DNA of 64,000 bases from Naegleria gruberi (lineage: Eukaryota), in the NCBI GenBank assembly GCA_000004985.1, contig GG738930.1; one strand, 5' to 3'. The number at the start of each line of letters is the position of its first letter. Position 1 is the first letter of the stretch. Positions 44,476 to 54,020 of the stretch are shown here, piece by piece. Under the pieces are notes generated by a model. It had not been told where the DNA came from. It saw only the letters and a list, made by a program, of their open reading frames with translations, and did not search any database. Both the position numbers and the translations under genes were made by a program.

Positions 44476-45160
44476 TTTTTTTGAATGAATTTTTCAAGTT
44501 TACAATGAAAATTTGTTTGTTTTTCCTTGTGTGTAAAATATTAAGGTTATCCAGTAATTGACACAGCACGTTTTCCACGAGATTACTGTAAATAACTCAT
44601 CAACACATTACAAATGTCAGTAATCAAAAGATATCAACTGAACTTACCGGTTAATTACAAAACCACAGGATTCTTTACTGAAAATCATGATAATGGTTTC
44701 CATTCCAGACTTACATGTGTATTCATACCACAACTAACAAATATCAACAAAGAATCTTCATCTCACTTTACAATTCGGCTTATAAATTATTTCCCGCCAA
44801 TTATCCAAAATCTACAACAAAACAAAATAGAAAAAAATGCACCAACTTGAAGCCTTGATGTCGCTTTAGATTACCTTAGAGACGGCCAAATACCAAAGAA
44901 AATGATTATTATATGGAAGAGTCCAAAACGCTTCTTTTTAATGATTCCAAACATGTCAAGTACCTTCTCAAGAAGAAATTTGCACTTCATGTTTTTTTGA
45001 CTTTCTCACTAATTATGAGAGTAACCCGTAAAATTTGGGTATGGACTGTGAAAGGAGCTTTGCTAAAATATTTTGTTACTTTCATCCTTTGTGTGTTGTT
45101 CAATAATCAAACAGATGTTGTTGTTTGGCAGAGAAGCAAAATATTAAAAAAACATTTTAG

Positions 45161-46882
45161 ATGACATCGAATAACTCTTCATCCTCGAATGGTGGGGATA
45201 GCACTTCTACTACTTCAGAAACCACAACGACAGAGAGAATGAATTCTCCACAACAAATGTCATTAACTGTCAACAATAATCAGCCGCAAGCCAGTGTTTC
45301 AACACAGTGTGAAATCGAATTGGCAGATATAAAGGATAACCAGATTTCTCCTAACTCTGCTGAAGAACATATTAAATCCTCTGAAACTAGAACACCAAGT
45401 GATTGTGATGACGTCTTATCCACTACTGCTGAAGTTAACTTTGATTGTCAGTCACCAATGAAAAAGCCAACATCAAAGTGTGATTTTGAAATTCCAACTT
45501 CACCACAATCGTTGAATCCAGCTGGATCCAGCACCACTAACCTAATTTCTGATGATAAGCTTGTGAAAAAGTTACCAAACAATAGCAAGTCAGTCACAAT
45601 GATAACACAAGAAGAACAAGCATTCGATACCAAAACTGTAAATAGTTACCAAAGCAAAGCAACCTCTAAGACATCAAAGACATCAGGCGGGTTTTCAGTT
45701 GCCACTTGTTGTGGTACTGTGGAGCTAAACTGTATTCGTGTCTTGTCAATTCTAGGTATGATGATCAACATTATTGCCTTTGTTGCCATGGCAGTTGTGA
45801 TTTCAGTTGCCTTCTCCGTCTCCACTACTAACGAAACTGAATTGTTGATACTCAGAGCTGATGCTAACTTGATGAGTGAAGTAGCTGCTTCTTCACTAAA
45901 GATTGCCGTGTATTCTAATCAAACCGAACCCTATATTTCCAGATGGAAAACAACTAAAGATAAGGCCGTTGCAGCTATTGCTTCGATCGTTGATGCCCTC
46001 CCACCCGATGTTTTCCTCAGACTTCTCAATGGTTCTACATACTTCAACTCTAGCGCAATTCCAGTCAATCCCTATGAACAACAAGTGGTAAACCTGTTAA
46101 AATCAGGCAAGCAGAAGGAAGCCATCACTCTCATTGAAAGTAAGAATTATACTTCCTACTCTCTTGGATGGAAGAATGTGGTTTCTAACTTGTTGACCTA
46201 TGCAAAGGAATTGGCAAGAAACAAGAATGATTACTTGTTGACCTCTTCAAGTGTCAACATGGGTCTCATTGGTTTTTCAATTCTGCTGGTTGTTCCAATT
46301 GTGTTGGCCATCTTTATTATGGCCATCAATAGAGAAGGTGTTTCTCAAAAACGTCTCAAAAAGGCAAATGCTGTCATGTTACTCGACACACTGCAGGATC
46401 ATGCACTCAAAGCACTCTTTAGAAAGCATTGTGAAACTGAAAGATGTTTGGAATCATTTGAATTTTTGGAAAAGATTCATTACTATAAGGAATTCTGTAA
46501 TGACTCATTCGATATTCAAGTCAAACTTTATGACAGTAGTCACCCAACACAAACAGAAAAGAAGTCCCTCGAATCCGATCTCAAGGAAGTTGAACAAAAG
46601 AAGTATGAGGTTGCCTTTGAAATTTTCACAGAATTTATTGATGAACATGGAGAAAAGGCACTTGTTGTCACAAGCCATTTGTGTGAAGATGTCAAGATGA
46701 AATTGGATCATTTCAATACAGGACAATCAGACCATTTGAGTGACGAACTATTCGACAAACTTCAAACTGAAGTTGCCATCCACTTGTTGGATTGCCATGC
46801 CAGATTCAAGCAAAGTATTGCATTCCAAAAGAAGATGAAAATTCAAGATATTCGTTCCAAAACCAAGATTACAGGTAAATGA
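45161..46882 (+). CDS. Membrane protein with a Ser/Thr-rich N-terminus, two TM helices and a C-terminal RGS (regulator of G-protein signalling) domain
   Basis: TM: VLSILGMMINIIAFVAMAVVISVAFSV, GLIGFSILLVVPIVLAIFIMAI. RGS: LQDHALKALFRKHCETERCLESFEFLEKIHYYKEF...YEVAFEIFTEFIDEHGEKALVV...VAIHLLDCHARFKQSIAF. Confidence 0.7.
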   Translation: MTSNNSSSSNGGDSTSTTSETTTTERMNSPQQMSLTVNNNQPQASVSTQCEIELADIKDNQISPNSAEEHIKSSETRTPSDCDDVLSTTAEVNFDCQSPMKKPTSKCDFEIPTSPQSLNPAGSSTTNLISDDKLVKKLPNNSKSVTMITQEEQAFDTKTVNSYQSKATSKTSKTSGGFSVATCCGTVELNCIRVLSILGMMINIIAFVAMAVVISVAFSVSTTNETELLILRADANLMSEVAASSLKIAVYSNQTEPYISRWKTTKDKAVAAIASIVDALPPDVFLRLLNGSTYFNSSAIPVNPYEQQVVNLLKSGKQKEAITLIESKNYTSYSLGWKNVVSNLLTYAKELARNKNDYLLTSSSVNMGLIGFSILLVVPIVLAIFIMAINREGVSQKRLKKANAVMLLDTLQDHALKALFRKHCETERCLESFEFLEKIHYYKEFCNDSFDIQVKLYDSSHPTQTEKKSLESDLKEVEQKKYEVAFEIFTEFIDEHGEKALVVTSHLCEDVKMKLDHFNTGQSDHLSDELFDKLQTEVAIHLLDCHARFKQSIAFQKKMKIQDIRSKTKITGK

Positions 46883-47213
46883 ATAAGTTGATTTTTATCA
46901 AAACCTTCCTTGGTATTGTATCATGAATAAACCAAATTACCGAAATTACTTTTTGGTTTTATTCTTGGCGAGTGGTATTCGATTATTTCGAATCGTCGGC
47001 ACTCTTGTCAATTATTTGCAGTACTGTCATTTGTAAATGTTTCTGCACATTATTGATCATCCATTGTCAGGTGTTTCAAGTGAAAAGTCAAATGAATGAA
47101 ATGTTATCTAGATCACTAACCAAACCTTGCAACAGAATCTGGTACCAACAAGATCACCAGGGATTCCAATAACTCTTGACAAGCGAAGTTTTTTTCATCA
47201 TTTTTCATTCATT

Positions 47214-50200
47214 TCAATTATATATACTTTGAGTAATCCAAGTATCCAATGGAATATTGATAGGACTTGAATATTTATCCAATGCAATCTCTTCTCCTTT
47301 CATTAGATTTTCAGAAAAGAGAGATTTTGATTTTTCACTTCTCAGTTCCTTGTAAGTTGAGTTTGAGATGTGAACTTGATTGACCTTTCCTGTTGCTTCC
47401 ATCATTTGAGCAATTTCAACTGCAGGTCCAAATAAATCATATGTTCGTTTCACTTTTCCAACAACTGCTGCGATCACATCATTTCCAGTGTGAATTCCCA
47501 ATCGAACTGATAATAAATGATCAGTATTTGTGTAGGTAGTATATTGTTTCATGTTTCGAATCATTGCAAGACCTCCCTTTACAATGTTATCTGCATGATT
47601 GGTCTCACTCTTCGAAAGACCTGAAGCAACAAAGTAACAATCACCAATGGTCTTGATTTTCTCCAAATTCAGTTCAGTACAAACATTGTCAAAGAGTGTG
47701 AAAATGTCATGTAAGATTTTGACAACATCTTTTGGTGATTTTCTTGAAGAGAAATCAGTGAAACCAACCATATCACAATATAACATGGAGCAGGAATCGA
47801 TTGTGTCAATGACAGTCTGGCCCATGCTCAATCTTTCTGCAATACTTTTTGGGAAAATCTTTTCTGCAATTCTTGTCATGTGTTCTTCTGGTGTTGACAA
47901 TGATTTGTAATCTCTGAGATAGGCCACATAGGATGGTTTTCCATCAGTGACAATTTGTGAAATTTTAATTTCCAAAGAAATGATCTTTCCAGATTTGGTT
48001 TCTCCCTTCACTTTCCGTGTTACATCCACAACGCCATTTTCTCTACTTCGACATCTATCCAAATAACTGTCATGTTTCAACCTATCTCTACTGTTGCAAA
48101 TAATCTTGACATTTCTTCCAACAATTTCCTTTGGTTCATATCCAAATGTAGATGAAGCTGCCTTGTTAAAAACTTGAATAATTCCCTTGTCATTAATTGT
48201 AATGACTGGAATGATACTTAGATCAGTAATAGCATGTTTGAAAGAGTTTGTAACAGCTGCCTGATGTTCATTATCAATTTCCTTGAAGAATTTCAAATAG
48301 ACACAAAAGTGAATTTCTTGAAGTTTCTTAATTGGAATAATTCTTGCAGTTACAATGAAGAATTGTTTAAGCATGGTAGCTTTGGCTCTGAGATATCGTT
48401 CCTCTGAGAGTGATTTCCTTCTTGTTGCTTTTTCTTCCTCACTCAATTGACTATATGGCTTAATATCATCGAGATAGTTCTGATCAGATCCAATTTTATC
48501 TGCCTTCAGAGTGCTATTCTCTGTTGGACCCAAGAATTCATACATGGCTTGATGAAGTTCAACGGAGGCATCATCCAAGAATAATTCACTAACATGTTCT
48601 CCCATTGCACTGAATGAATAAACTCCAAATAAATCCTCTGCTTCCTTATTAAGAAACTCAATGGATCCAAGTTTGTCAAAAACAAGAACTGGAAATCCAC
48701 AATGAACAAATTGATGAACTAAATAATTCAATTGAGAGAATTCTACCTGATGTGTAAATCCAACTTCATCACAAATTTCTCTCTGACTCAATACAGTAGT
48801 ATCTGTTGTTGACCTGATTGAAATTTCACTTGTTGTATCAGAAAAGTTTCCATCAGATTCTTCCAATCGTTGCTTCAATTTTGAAAGGAATCTTTGATTA
48901 ATTGACTGTTTGTATCCTTGATCATTTCTTGACATTCCTCTATCCACAGGAGGTGGTCGTTCCTGAGTGGTGTTTGTTGTTGGTGTTGGTCTTTGTTTTG
49001 GTACAGAACTAGCTTCTCTCATATAGACACTACTCTCTCTTTGAAGTGCCCCTCTTGGAAGCTCAGAAGATCTCGTCACTACACTATTTTCTCTTTGAAG
49101 TTGACCACGAGGTCTTTCAGAAGATGACGACTGATTCCTGACAGAGTTTTCTCTCTGTAAAAATCCTCGAGGTGCTCCACTTGTCATGATGCTGTTCTCT
49201 CTCTGGAGAGTTCCTCTTGGATTTTGAGAGGCAATCATCAGACTATTCTCTCTTTGTAAAACAGAGGTTGCTCTCCTATTAGAGGAAGTCATTTCAGTAA
49301 TTGGTGTCTTTTCTGTTGTTGAGGTAAAAACTGAATTTTCTCTCTGGAGAGTTCCTCTCTTAATCATTTGTGAATTTGATGAAACCAGAGGAGGAGGAGG
49401 AGCCTGTTGTTGAAGAATATCCTTTGTAACAAGTAAGGAAGATCCCTCTCTGATGAGTATTCCTTTTGGTTTTGATGACTCGCCTGCTATTGAATTATCT
49501 CTAATCAATCGAAAACTTGGCTTTAAATCCACACCCTCCAGAATATTCCGAGAACTTGATGTATTGATTGATGAGGAATCGAGTGGAGCTGATGATACAG
49601 AGCTTGTTGGTTGCTGTTGATTTTGCTTCTTTGCCAAGAATTCTGCAAAAGCTAGTTGATGTTCATCGAGTAATTGTTGAGTGGAGGAGCTTATCTCAAC
49701 ACTGCCTCCACTACCAGAATTCATGTTATTCTTTGGAGTTGGTTTGAAATTCACACCAGAGAGAATATTCCTCGAACTCTGACTATTCAATGTGCTTTTT
49801 GGTGATGAAGAATTTTGAAGAGAAATTGCTGATGGTGAGGAAACTTCAGGTTGAGCTTCTTGTATGGTTATCTTTTTAATCATGGTACCTCCAGAGCCAG
49901 CCAGTATATTCCTCGAGCTCTGGCTATTCAATGCGCCACCTGTTGTTGCTATCTGTTCCTTCTTTTGTGCAATGTATTCCCTTAATTCCCGATCATCATC
50001 ATCATTGCTTAATTGAATTTTTCTGGATGATGAAGAGAAGCCATTGGCATTCAGTGGAATCTTTCCATTGTTTGCCATCATGATGGAAGAATTGGCAAAT
50101 ATATTTCTCGAACTCTGATGATTGAATTGTGCTGATGATTGTTGAGCTGTTGTTGGAGTTGTTTTCATCTTTTGAGCCAAAAACTCCTGTAAGGCCTTCT

Positions 50201-50231
50201 CATCTTCATTGTATCCATACAAATCGTCCAT
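47214..50231 (-). CDS. PAS-PAS-class III nucleotidyl cyclase (adenylyl-cyclase-like), soluble; the N-terminal region contains 4 repeats of an acidic-ALQEFLAKK...QSSRNIL.G module
   Basis: PAS 1: CGFPVLVFDKLGSIEFLNKEAEDLFGVYSF..; PAS 2: IPVITINDKGIIQVFNKAASSTFGYEPKEIVGRNVKIICN...GKIISLEIKISQ; cyclase: LYCDMVGFTDFSS...EKIKTIGDCYFVASGL...GIHTGNDVIAAVVGKVKRTYDLFGPAVEIAQMMEATG. Probable start ATG 50231 (MDDLYGYNEDEKALQEF); the ORF stays open upstream to 50369. Confidence 0.8.
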   Translation of the reverse strand: MDDLYGYNEDEKALQEFLAQKMKTTPTTAQQSSAQFNHQSSRNIFANSSIMMANNGKIPLNANGFSSSSRKIQLSNDDDDRELREYIAQKKEQIATTGGALNSQSSRNILAGSGGTMIKKITIQEAQPEVSSPSAISLQNSSSPKSTLNSQSSRNILSGVNFKPTPKNNMNSGSGGSVEISSSTQQLLDEHQLAFAEFLAKKQNQQQPTSSVSSAPLDSSSINTSSSRNILEGVDLKPSFRLIRDNSIAGESSKPKGILIREGSSLLVTKDILQQQAPPPPLVSSNSQMIKRGTLQRENSVFTSTTEKTPITEMTSSNRRATSVLQRENSLMIASQNPRGTLQRENSIMTSGAPRGFLQRENSVRNQSSSSERPRGQLQRENSVVTRSSELPRGALQRESSVYMREASSVPKQRPTPTTNTTQERPPPVDRGMSRNDQGYKQSINQRFLSKLKQRLEESDGNFSDTTSEISIRSTTDTTVLSQREICDEVGFTHQVEFSQLNYLVHQFVHCGFPVLVFDKLGSIEFLNKEAEDLFGVYSFSAMGEHVSELFLDDASVELHQAMYEFLGPTENSTLKADKIGSDQNYLDDIKPYSQLSEEEKATRRKSLSEERYLRAKATMLKQFFIVTARIIPIKKLQEIHFCVYLKFFKEIDNEHQAAVTNSFKHAITDLSIIPVITINDKGIIQVFNKAASSTFGYEPKEIVGRNVKIICNSRDRLKHDSYLDRCRSRENGVVDVTRKVKGETKSGKIISLEIKISQIVTDGKPSYVAYLRDYKSLSTPEEHMTRIAEKIFPKSIAERLSMGQTVIDTIDSCSMLYCDMVGFTDFSSRKSPKDVVKILHDIFTLFDNVCTELNLEKIKTIGDCYFVASGLSKSETNHADNIVKGGLAMIRNMKQYTTYTNTDHLLSVRLGIHTGNDVIAAVVGKVKRTYDLFGPAVEIAQMMEATGKVNQVHISNSTYKELRSEKSKSLFSENLMKGEEIALDKYSSPINIPLDTWITQSIYN

Positions 50232-50733
50232 CTTTTCTTTGTCAATAAATGTACAAGGTAAATTATCTTCCGTCTTATTAAGGCACTTAATATTCTTCTT
50301 CTTCTGCTTCCAATTATTGAATTGATAATACAAAAAACAAACTCTAGCAGCAGTAGCAGAACAATACAAGTTGGGTTGATCTTTTTCTTTTACGTTAACT
50401 GTTTTGAATATTATTGTGTTTGCTAGTTTGCAAGTTTCCTTGCTTGTGTGAAGAGTTTTTTCTAAACCTCAAATCAGAAGTTCATGATGCCTTATTCTTA
50501 AAGTGCGGATGAGGGCACTTTATGACCAGTTATGGAAGAGAGCTGTTGTGTGAGATTCTAAGGGCCTTGTTGAGGGAACAATTTCACAATTACATTCATC
50601 AAGCATTGAAATCATGAAAAGTCTTGATATTTAATATATATATAAATAAATGGTCGAAAATTGATAAAGAAAATTTGAATATTTAATTTCTTGTGAATTT
50701 GTAATGAAATAATTATTAAAATTGAGTATTTAA

Positions 50734-51354
50734 TTATTCAATTTTATCCTTTTCCAATACTTTTGAATGATCCAATTGTTTTGGTATTTCCAATGAATTT
50801 GAATGTTTGGAAGAAACACAACAAAATGCCCAAATTATTAATCCAAACAAGAAAATCAGCAAAATTCCAACAATTACCATCAAGAATGCAATCACTACAA
50901 ATGCAATTCCATATCCAACAAGTAAATTAAACAAAAATTCCAAATCTTCTTCTTTCCATCCCCATTCCTTTCTGAGATAAATTCCTATTCGAAAGAATTG
51001 ATCATAAATTTGTTTACGTGTTGGATCGGAGAGTGTTTCATAGGCTTTAGTCATTTGGGAATATTGTTCTGTGAGGAGGGAAAAGTCACTCCGATTAAAT
51101 CCGAATTGTGTTAGAGTTTCGTCTGATTGTGGAGATTCGTCTTGAACCAAGGATTGAATTTGTTCATATCTTTCCTTGACGGTTTTAAATTTCTCGTTAA
51201 TTTCTTCGATAGTTGCTGAACGTGTTAAATCCAACACTGAATAAAAATCGGAAGTTTCTTCTTCATCTTGTTGGAAACTAGAAGAAACTAGAACCACAAG
51301 AATTGACATGAAAATTAAAAGGATAATACCTCTCCCAACCATCATTGATGCCAT
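50734..51354 (-). CDS. Membrane protein with a signal/TM helix, a J-like domain lacking the HPD tripeptide, and a C-terminal TM helix
   Basis: MASMMVGRGIILLIFMSILVVLVSSS; DFYSVLDLTRSATIEEINEKFKTVKERYE...AYETLSDPTRKQIYD (J-domain helices II-IV, with HPD replaced by an insertion); YGIAFVVIAFLMVIVGILLIFLFGLIIWAF. Confidence 0.4.
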   Translation of the reverse strand: MASMMVGRGIILLIFMSILVVLVSSSFQQDEEETSDFYSVLDLTRSATIEEINEKFKTVKERYEQIQSLVQDESPQSDETLTQFGFNRSDFSLLTEQYSQMTKAYETLSDPTRKQIYDQFFRIGIYLRKEWGWKEEDLEFLFNLLVGYGIAFVVIAFLMVIVGILLIFLFGLIIWAFCCVSSKHSNSLEIPKQLDHSKVLEKDKIE

Positions 51355-51421
51355 TTTTTATTTTAATATTAAATTAAATAATCAAATAATTAGCTCCTTC
51401 TATTTCTAGAAACAAAGTTTC

Positions 51422-52303
51422 CTAATTTGTAATCAAATCGTACAAAATGAAACCTCCAGAAATTGCCAAAGAGGTAGCAATACTAATCTTCCATCCTCTG
51501 AAAAATCCAGAAATTCCTTCTTCCTTATAAGTTTTTTGGAAACAATCCAAAGTTCCAGAAAAAGTTTTTTCCTTCTTGTCAGCTTGAACTTGAAGTTTTC
51601 TTTCGACAGTTTCCAATGGATAGCAGATGAGAAAGTTGGAAAATGAAATGAGTTGGGCGATTAGGAATTTGGCCCTGATGTCGTTTGGATATGGATTGAC
51701 ACTTGTCAAAATGTCATACATGACAAAATAGGAAAATCTGTATACGATTAATTTGATTAAGGAAGCGTCAAGACCAACAAATAGAGCAGAATAACCATTG
51801 GTTTCAATAGTCTTCTTTAAAACATCGATTGGACCTGAATATTGTCTCTTGCCAATTGTGTCAAATGCCAATTTAAATCTGACATAGGCTAATGGTCTTG
51901 TAAGAGCTTCCATGGCAGTTCCTATCAAAGCTCCACCAACTACATTTCTCAAATAGTACTTTCCCAAGTCAGTGCTTGGATCAAATTTTGGGATTATATT
52001 GAAAATCTTCATTAACATTGGAGAAAACATGCCAGTCAAGATATTTTTCAATAATTCAACAGGAAATCCTCTGAACCAACTGGAAATTCCTTGATCTTGT
52101 TTAATTTGTTGCAGGATTGTAATGGTATTCAACTGTTTATCACCAATTTGCTTGGCCAATTGATGATCGGCTTGGTGAGATTGAAGAATGCATGCGGCTG
52201 TGAAAAGAGGACAAATTGGCAATTTAACAAGTAGACTGGACGAAACCTTTGCTACAATACCGACGGTCACCTGTACGAGTGGGCTGTTGTTGCTTGTTTG
52301 CAT
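51422..52303 (-). CDS. Mitochondrial carrier family protein, ADP/ATP-carrier-like but divergent (no RRRMMM signature)
   Basis: Three carrier repeats. Motifs YSGTLDCFQKTYKEEGISGFFRGWKISIATSLAISGGFILYDLI and ALFVGLDASLIKLIVYRFSYFVMYDIL resemble the AAC motifs YTGTVDCWRKI..EGxxAFFKGAWSNVLRG and LYRGFxVSVQGIIIYRAAYFGxYD. ATG 52303. Confidence 0.6.
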   Translation of the reverse strand: MQTSNNSPLVQVTVGIVAKVSSSLLVKLPICPLFTAACILQSHQADHQLAKQIGDKQLNTITILQQIKQDQGISSWFRGFPVELLKNILTGMFSPMLMKIFNIIPKFDPSTDLGKYYLRNVVGGALIGTAMEALTRPLAYVRFKLAFDTIGKRQYSGPIDVLKKTIETNGYSALFVGLDASLIKLIVYRFSYFVMYDILTSVNPYPNDIRAKFLIAQLISFSNFLICYPLETVERKLQVQADKKEKTFSGTLDCFQKTYKEEGISGFFRGWKISIATSLAISGGFILYDLITN

Positions 52304-52322
52304 TTTTTTGTTTTGACCGACG

Positions 52323-53733
52323 ATGAAAAAAATACCTCAACAAGACCATCCTCCGGATACGGAAGGGAGTAATTTGCTTGCTGACAGGATTTTTGTGTTA
52401 GAGAGAGCAATTAAAACCTACCAAAAGGAAAACAATAATCTCCGTGACTATCTTCAACAACTTGTAAATATATGTAATGGTCACCCGTTATTGAATAATA
52501 ATAATAATAATCCCATCAAACCTGTAAATAATAATCTGATCAATACCCAACCATCAGAAAATGAAAATCTATTTATTACTAGAAATCCAGTAAATGTTAG
52601 AAATCTACCAACTAGTAGAAATTTAATTAATGGTGGAAATTTCTTGACTGAGACAGTTCAAATATGCGATAGTAATCCTAAAAATAGAACTGTCAGTTAT
52701 GCTGATATTACAAGATTAGCTCCTATTAAAGCTCAGCCATCTATTAAGAAAACAATAGCAAAACAAAAATCAACAACTAATAAGATGAAAAGAAATATGG
52801 CAACTAATACTAGACCTAACAAACGTAAATCTAATTACAATCTTAATCAAATAATTAATGTAATTTGCTACAAAGATGTTACTAACGAATTTGTTGAACA
52901 AATTACAGACCTACTCGGTGACTCTGTAATCATTAGAGTTAATCGATACTGTAATAATATTATTAATGTAATTTGCCCTGATGAAACCAGTTATAAAGAG
53001 TGTTTCAATCAATTAGTGCAAGGAAGTCATGGAGGAAAATTCATATTAGAATGCTTTCCATCTCCAGCAATCTTTAATCCTAAACCTTTAGCACTTTCAC
53101 ATACTACTTCCAGTAAAACTACTCACCTTAAAATGCTAGAAAATATTATTAGCAAATATATATTGGAAGATAATATTTCTGTTGAGGAACTCTACACTAA
53201 CTATTCTCATAACCAATTTATAATTAGAATATCATTTGAGGATCAAACTATTTGCTCTCAAATGGCACAAAATCTTGGTTTAAATCAATATAAAACTATT
53301 GAACAGATTAGAAATGAAACCAAGGAGACAACATCTCAATGCTCTATTCCAATTAATTATACTAATGATGAAATTAAAAAAGGAATTATCCAAGCATTTA
53401 CCAGAATTAATAAGACTCTCCAAGAAAACAATCTTACCATTACTGATACAACTAACCGCTCTGGAACAACTAAATACAAATTAATTAAAATTGTACACAA
53501 TGATATGGATGAAATGAATGAATTTTGCAAGAAATCTATCTCCCTAAAGGATAAACAAAGAAATCATAGTGGAAATGGATTTAAATTTAAGCCATCTATT
53601 CAAATATTGGATTCTAAAATCCAAAGGAAAAGTAAATTACACCCATATCTTCCTCAATTAGAGTTATCACCTATTGATAAACTCGTATTTATTGATGAAC
53701 CAATTAGACAACTACCAACTACTACTATTGTTA

Positions 53734-53738
<5 letters not shown>
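52323..53738 (+). CDS. Retroelement ORF1 (471 aa; Asn-rich, no recognised domain); an alternative frame continues to 54024 across the (AAT)n tract
   Basis: ATG at 52323 is 19 bp from the divergent carrier-gene ATG. Ends in the (AAT)n microsatellite. ORF 53674..54024 in another frame encodes a coiled-coil-like IDKIEKSIIDLTQQLML... and overlaps the ORF2 start by 4 nt. Confidence 0.6.
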
Positions 53739-53770
<32 letters not shown>

Positions 53771-53771
53771 T
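53734..53771 (+). repeat. (AAT)n microsatellite (~12 units) at the ORF1 stop
   Basis: taataataataataataataataataataataata. Confidence 0.9.
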
Positions 53772-54020
53772 CACAAATGCAAATAATAGAATTGATAAAA
53801 TTGAAAAAAGTATTATAGATTTAACTCAACAGCTCATGCTCACTAATAACAATATTAATAATATAGTTGAAATACTTAAACAAGCAAATATTATTAGACC
53901 TAATAATGATAACAAAATGTTAAATAATCCTAATAATAAGATGTTAGAGGATTCTAATAATAGTAATAATAATATGTTAGATGATGAATTAAGTTCATCA
54001 TCTAATCCATCTACTCTACC

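Noticed and set aside
51355-51421. Reading the J-like and carrier genes as one spliced gene
   Set aside because: The carrier ORF already contains three complete carrier repeats and a stop. The J-like ORF has its own ATG and signal peptide. Treated as two closely spaced genes
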